Shown one piece after another: positions 59,601-64,000 of a stretch of DNA of 64,000 bases; the first letter of the stretch is position 1; each line of letters opens with the position of its first letter. This DNA is from Flavobacterium sp. Lineage in GTDB: Bacteria > Bacteroidota > Bacteroidia > Flavobacteriales > Flavobacteriaceae. Made by a program: the position numbers and the translations under genes. The notes beneath the pieces were generated by a model. The model searched no databases, had not been told where the DNA came from, and saw nothing but the letters and a program-made list of their open reading frames with translations. The stretch is from assembly GCF_035456085.1 (NCBI RefSeq), contig NZ_DATIDY010000040.1, positions 7,609 to 71,608 of the forward strand, written 5' to 3'.

Positions 59601-60002
59601 TTATTCAATTATTATTTGACTGTTGAATAGTGTCTTGAAAACAGCAAGCGATTGTTCATGGATGTCTTCGCAACTGTCAAGCATGATTAAATAAAACATT
59701 TTTCCTTTGAATCTGTCTTGGCTGTCGGTTGCTCTGTAGTAATTTACTTGACCTGGAATTCCTTTCGGCATCGTTGCAGGATTTTCTAAAAGCAGTCCAG
59801 GATATTTGGGCGCGTTTCTTTCAATGCCTATCATATACAAGTGTCCACCTCCCAAATTTTGATACATTGACTTTTCCTGAATTTCGTAAGCAATTATCTT
59901 ATCGTATTTGTCAGAGAAACTGATTTGCTTTTTATTGGAATACTTTGAAACAAAATTGTTAATATAGTCACTCAGTTTATCGTTGTCATTTGCTGTTTTC
60001 AT
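59601..60002 (-). CDS. C-terminal part of the TPR protein (frameshifted from 60853)
   Basis: Adding one A to the A6 run at 60026-60031 joins the ORFs as ...KKDKKITYSVVIFMKTAND... Confidence 0.6.
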   Translation of the reverse strand: MKTANDNDKLSDYINNFVSKYSNKKQISFSDKYDKIIAYEIQEKSMYQNLGGGHLYMIGIERNAPKYPGLLLENPATMPKGIPGQVNYYRATDSQDRFKGKMFYLIMLDSCEDIHEQSLAVFKTLFNSQIIIE

Positions 60003-60007
60003 AAAGA

Positions 60008-60853
60008 TTACAACGGAGTAGGTAATTTTTTGTCTTTTTTATTAGCAATAGATGGCGGTATCATAAGAATCGCTCCTATATTTTTTTTATAATCAGTAGG
60101 CTCTAAATTCCATGTTGAGTCAACTAAAATTTTTATTCCTAATGGCCGTGAAGTGAAAGCTATTTCATCGCTTTGGCTTGCTGTCCAAATATCTTCCTTC
60201 TTGTAAGATTCATTTTTGTCCATCGGAACAATTCTCCTGTATATTGCTTTACCAAGTTGTTGCTGAAAACTTCCTTCCTCTCCTGAAATGCTTTTCACTT
60301 TGTCCATTGCGTAAATGCAATGCGAAGGCATATTGGTTACTGCTGTTGCAGTAGCGTAATCATTCCAAAAGTCAGCAGGTTGTTCAGTTGGCAATAATTT
60401 CTCCGCATTCTTAAATTTTTCAATGGAGAAATTTGGATTTTTTGTAAATACGTAGTGATTACCAAGAAACCAATAACACCTATAATCTGTTGGGTTGCTT
60501 TTTACTGCTGTTTCATAATTTGTAATGGCAATGTTAAAATAAGCATTATCGTCCATGTTGTAGAGATAATGTGCAATGTCGCCAAGAAGCAAATAAGTTT
60601 CCTCGTTTTTTGACCTGAGTACAGAAAAAAATCTGAAGTATTGGTGGAGTTGTCTTACTAAAACCGCTTTCGGTTTGTCGTGACTCCATTTGCTTGTCCA
60701 TTTATCATAATATTTCGTGTTCTCCTTTAAAAAATTAAAAGCACTAACAAGTTTGGGGTCACTACTGATTTTGGAGATGTCAATGTAATTTACATTCGCA
60801 AATCCTTGAACTGACATCATTGTAAATGTTAAAAAAATGATTATCTGTTTCAT
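60008..60853 (-). CDS. Secreted TPR-repeat protein, N-terminal part
   Basis: Signal peptide; TPR-like helices (LLLGDIAHYLY, YETAVKSNP..YRCYWFLG.HY). Confidence 0.7.
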   Translation of the reverse strand: MKQIIIFLTFTMMSVQGFANVNYIDISKISSDPKLVSAFNFLKENTKYYDKWTSKWSHDKPKAVLVRQLHQYFRFFSVLRSKNEETYLLLGDIAHYLYNMDDNAYFNIAITNYETAVKSNPTDYRCYWFLGNHYVFTKNPNFSIEKFKNAEKLLPTEQPADFWNDYATATAVTNMPSHCIYAMDKVKSISGEEGSFQQQLGKAIYRRIVPMDKNESYKKEDIWTASQSDEIAFTSRPLGIKILVDSTWNLEPTDYKKNIGAILMIPPSIANKKDKKLPTPL

Positions 60854-60882
60854 ACTTTGTTTGTCCGTTTATGCAGTCAGTT

Positions 60883-60929
60883 TCGGGTTAGTTTTTACCC
60901 GCTCTTCGAAGTCTCTCGACTTCGAAGAG
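60883..60929 (+). repeat. REP-like palindrome R2
   Basis: TCGGGTTAGTTTTT, then CCCG-CTCTTCGAAGTC-tctc-GACTTCGAAGAG perfect 12-bp hairpin. Confidence 0.65.
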
Positions 60930-60947
60930 TTGTTATATCTCAAAACA

Positions 60948-61238
60948 TTATTTCTTATCTGGAAGACTACCAATAAATTCCTCGCACTCTTTATAAGTAC
61001 CGAAAAATACTATCTCAGGAATACTATCAGCATTTGGGTGTTTTCTTTGAACCAAATGCATTGACACAGTATCATTTGTAGCCTTATCTGTAATGATATG
61101 AGATACAATACTAATATGATGTCCACATAGCGAACCAAATCCTTTATACTTTGTAGTGTAAAATTTACTATGAATGTCTATTTCTTTTTTGTTTACCTCT
61201 AATTCAGCTTTAATTGTTAATTCCATTGTATTTATCAT
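60948..61238 (-). CDS. Small hypothetical protein enclosed by REP copies R2 and R3
   Basis: 96-aa ORF; no recognisable motif. Confidence 0.5.
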   Translation of the reverse strand: MINTMELTIKAELEVNKKEIDIHSKFYTTKYKGFGSLCGHHISIVSHIITDKATNDTVSMHLVQRKHPNADSIPEIVFFGTYKECEEFIGSLPDKK

Positions 61239-61406
61239 TTTAGATTTTATTAAAGTTCTTCTCTCTTTTTATTTCACACCAGCCACTTACAATAAACTTT
61301 AAAATCATTAGAAATTCCCTTCTCTATTGGAAAACATAATCCAACCTTTTAAGAAGAGCAAGTCTCAGCATACTTTTAATAGATTTACTGTTTTCAATAA
61401 TATTTA

Positions 61407-61440
61407 AAAAGTTCGAAGTTCATGAGACTTCGAAGAGCGA
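61407..61440 (-). repeat. REP-like palindrome R3 (inverted copy of R2)
   Basis: AAAAGTTCGAAGTTCATGAGACTTCGAAGAGCG; its reverse complement shares GCTCTTCGAAGTCTC with R2. Confidence 0.65.
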
Positions 61441-61598
61441 TGATTGGCTTATAAAGCTGAAAATTATAGAATAGTAGTGCTATCGATTATTCAGGACAAA
61501 AGGACTAATTGATGATTTAATTATTTTTAGATTTTTTTGATGTTTAGCAAGGTGTGACACACTAAAGATTCTTGCGGCAGCGGGACATATTTCCTTAA

Positions 61599-62426
61599 TT
61601 AGAATGGTAAGTCATCTATCTCATCAATTGGGTTGTTGCGCCTTAAATCCAATAAATTGCCATTTATGTTTGCTTCAATTGAATCAGCTTCTATTAAGTT
61701 GCCTTCTCTAATTTTTTGAGCAATTGTAGAATTTGCAAAATTGAAAGCATGAATATATAATCGTTGAGATGCTCTTGTCATCGCAACATATAATAGCTTT
61801 AGATCTGTTATTCCATCAGCATTAGCCATAATACAAATCCGACTTTCAAGCCCTTTTGATGAATGATATGTTGTAATAATTAATGTATTCTCAATTATTT
61901 CTTTGGTAACTTTTGCGTTAGATTGAATTTGGGGTGATAAGATCGAATAAAACTGTTGTGCATTTTGAAGTGTTGGGAACAAAATCATAATGTCTCCATA
62001 ATTGTATCCAACTATATTTATTAAGTTATGAAGTAAGTCAGCTATAGTGTTTGGTCCTCCCTCAATAAATTGAATCTCGCTCATTAAATTTGTTTCATTA
62101 TCAATCCCGTTCTTTCCTTCATAGAAACGTTCAACTTCTCTTTTTAATGTTTTATCTGTAAGTAATACTTTTAGCGCAAGATCTATGTGACTTTTTCCAG
62201 ACCTATATGTATGCTTAAGTAACTTACTTCTTCCTCTGATTTTAATCCCTAATTGCTCCCAACTGTGTTCTCTTGGATTGTATATACTTTGCAATCTGTC
62301 ACCTGCAAGAAATATGTTTTCCTTTAGTTCATTTTCATGATTATGTTTCTTGCAAATCTTAATACAAAGTTTTATCCAATCGTCATAAAAGTCTTGGTAT
62401 TCGTCAATTAGGACAGCATCATACAT
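61599..62426 (-). CDS. SF1 (UvrD-like) helicase C-terminal half with an SSB-like DDLPF tail
   Basis: IDEYQD Walker B, AGDRLQSIY, TYRS, TYHSSKGLE, LLYVAMTRA; ends IDEIDDLPF*. Confidence 0.85.
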   Translation of the reverse strand: MYDAVLIDEYQDFYDDWIKLCIKICKKHNHENELKENIFLAGDRLQSIYNPREHSWEQLGIKIRGRSKLLKHTYRSGKSHIDLALKVLLTDKTLKREVERFYEGKNGIDNETNLMSEIQFIEGGPNTIADLLHNLINIVGYNYGDIMILFPTLQNAQQFYSILSPQIQSNAKVTKEIIENTLIITTYHSSKGLESRICIMANADGITDLKLLYVAMTRASQRLYIHAFNFANSTIAQKIREGNLIEADSIEANINGNLLDLRRNNPIDEIDDLPF

Positions 62427-63427
62427 GGGACTGCTTTTTGAATTGCCTGATTTGGAAGTTCACCATTCCAAAATACTTCACTTGGATATTGTGGAACGCA
62501 AATATTTGCAATTTCTAGAGCTAGTTTATGAAAGGTGGAAATGAAGATATTTTCTCTTTCAATCCCCATATATAGAAAATCATTGTTCAACATATTCATC
62601 CTATTTTCTAATTTTCTTGCCAATGACCTATTATAAGTGACAATTTTAATTTTCCATGTAGGATTTTCTTTCAGCAGATGAATTGCCCGTGAAAGTAATA
62701 TAACTGTCTTGCCACTCCCGGGAACTCCACTTACCATATAATGCCCATTAGGGATTCTTTTCGCAAATTGTTCTTGGGAAGAATCTAATGCTTTAATTGT
62801 AGATAAGATTTCATCATTGTTACCTATATTTTCAACGTCGAGGTTAGTAGTGTCTAGAATTTTAATTTCAGGGAATAAAATACTTCTTAGAACCAACAGT
62901 TGTCCTTGCTGAATTAAACATGATGAATCACCAAATAACTCATTAAATCCAAGATTTCTTAGTTTTTCACTCAAAATTACTTTTGATGGTGGTTGATGTA
63001 ATACGTCTCCAAGTTTTGAATGTTCGCTTAAAGTCATATTTGGAAGAACAACAATACTGTAAAGATTATAGCACGGATTAGCATTATTATCTAATAATCT
63101 TATATCTGATTCAAAAAGTCCTTTTGAGAGATTGAAGTATTGGTTTGCTTTAAAAGCAGGATTGTCGTCTACCTTTCCTGTTTTAAGATTAACTTTTAAT
63201 CTGTTTATACTAGAGATATAATTCAAACTCCAGTCTTTAACTTCAATTATTGATACACCTTTGTATGGGTCAATTAATATAAAGTCGGGTTCTAGATTTC
63301 TTATTCGTGGTTTTAGGTATAAAAAAGCTTGATAATTTGTTGGGGAGTATAGACTTTTAATTTTACTAAAAACCTTTTCTTCACCCAAAGTAAATTCACT
63401 GTCGTTTCCTATTACTATAATACTCAT
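62408..63427 (-). CDS. NERD (PD-(D/E)xK) nuclease plus helicase N-terminal half; frameshifted relative to 61599-62426
   Basis: EPDFILID..KGVSIIEVKDW, QANQY-like KANQY, SQEQFAK Q-motif, GVPGSGKT Walker A, VTYNRSL. Confidence 0.85.
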   Translation of the reverse strand: MSIIVIGNDSEFTLGEEKVFSKIKSLYSPTNYQAFLYLKPRIRNLEPDFILIDPYKGVSIIEVKDWSLNYISSINRLKVNLKTGKVDDNPAFKANQYFNLSKGLFESDIRLLDNNANPCYNLYSIVVLPNMTLSEHSKLGDVLHQPPSKVILSEKLRNLGFNELFGDSSCLIQQGQLLVLRSILFPEIKILDTTNLDVENIGNNDEILSTIKALDSSQEQFAKRIPNGHYMVSGVPGSGKTVILLSRAIHLLKENPTWKIKIVTYNRSLARKLENRMNMLNNDFLYMGIERENIFISTFHKLALEIANICVPQYPSEVFWNGELPNQAIQKAVPCMMLS

Positions 63428-63450
63428 GGTTTGTATTTGCTAATTTTTGT

Positions 63451-63593
63451 TAATCCGATAGCACGGATTTATAATCAGTGCCCTTTCCAATTGTCAAGTC
63501 CAAATTGATTTTTCTATACTTTTTGTTACTGTGTTCTCTTTATCGATGTTCTGTGTGTACGGATTGCAAATCAGCGCTATCGGGTTAGTTTTT
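63451..63593. repeat. REP doublet R5/R6 (inverted pair)
   Basis: TAATCCGATAGCACGGATTTATAATCAGTG (63451-) vs TACGGATTGCAAATCAGCGCTATCGGGTTA (-63587); each arm is itself a hairpin. Confidence 0.65.
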
Positions 63594-64000
63594 TTATTCA
63601 GTTTCACAAATATATCTGTAAACACTTGACATCACAGAACCTGGAATAATTTTTTCGCCTTGTGTGTCATAATATTCCGGTCGTCGTGTTGGATTTCCAT
63701 TTTTATCATATTTTATTGCGTCAGAAGATGAATATTCTTTTTCTGCACAATCCATTTTAATATATTCAAGAGTATAACCTCCACCAGTTTTTATTAATTT
63801 TCCACTCTTATTTTTAATAGTTTTGATTGGTTCGGTTATTTTTAACCAAAATTCTTTTGTTCCGTAATTATCTTTTTCAAAATGTATATAAAGTTCATTA
63901 CCACTTTTAGAAGATGTTATATATTGAAATTCATCATCAGTTTGAGAAAAGGTTTTGCTTGATATTATTAAAATTAATAAAGTGAATAACGTTTTTTTCA
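63594..64000 (-). pseudogene. Secreted small protein (surface-adhesin-E-like), frameshifted; ATG at the window edge
   Basis: (A)TG KKTLFTLLILIISS...EFWLK...; one extra A at 63788-63791 continues as KTGGGYTLEYIKMDC...IIPGSVMSSVYRYICETE*. Confidence 0.55.

Noticed and set aside
399-60853. Numerous 60-130 aa ORFs antisense to or overlapping long genes in the ORF track (e.g. 399-635, 3487-3732, 16290-16586, 41216-41503, 45464-45841)
   Set aside because: They are shadow frames of well-supported genes with no motifs or independent signals.
62408-62445. Programmed -1 ribosomal frameshift in the NERD-helicase
   Set aside because: No canonical X XXY YYZ slippery heptamer in frame, and two neighbouring genes show the same kind of 1-bp homopolymer loss, which favours mutation or assembly error.
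58000-63600. Integron cassette array
   Set aside because: No intI gene and no attC-type R''/R' (RYYYAAC...GTTRRRY) boxes recognised; the palindromes look REP-like.

Overview
An AT-rich Bacteroidota chromosome segment, most likely Flavobacterium (inferred from TAnnTTTG -7 promoter boxes, a SusC/SusD pair, Bacteroidota-specific DUF families and an rnpB gene). About 1-29.6 kb is core-like housekeeping DNA: recQ (5'-truncated by the window), a UDG-family glycosylase, ppc, an Lrp regulator, kdsB, ygiD, a RecD-like helicase, rsmD, a two-component system, tRNA-Tyr, a DUF4369/TlpA gene with an in-frame UGA, a vWA plus AAA+ pair, and rnpB. About 30-44.7 kb is an outer-membrane and surface-signalling block: an orphan SusCD pair, a CHRD lipoprotein, an OB-fold/DUF5777/cytochrome c/YceI operon and an ECF sigma-FecR-TonB receptor cassette. 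Three exact copies of GTAGGGTA-N14-TGTTTTA link three transcription units in this block. About 44.8-56 kb looks like a general-stress island (xth, DUF3606, small hydrophilic proteins, Zn-dehydrogenase, SPW proteins, a CheB*-CheR-PAS-kinase, SDR). About 58-64 kb is an accessory island of short minus-strand genes interleaved with REP-like palindromes. It includes a NERD nuclease-SF1 helicase ending in an SSB-like DDLPF tail, and three genes there are each broken by a 1-bp homopolymer deletion. Best candidates for new biology: the in-frame UGA in the TlpA gene, the ECF regulon, and the NERD-helicase with an SSB-tail mimic. All calls were made by eye; no database searches were run.
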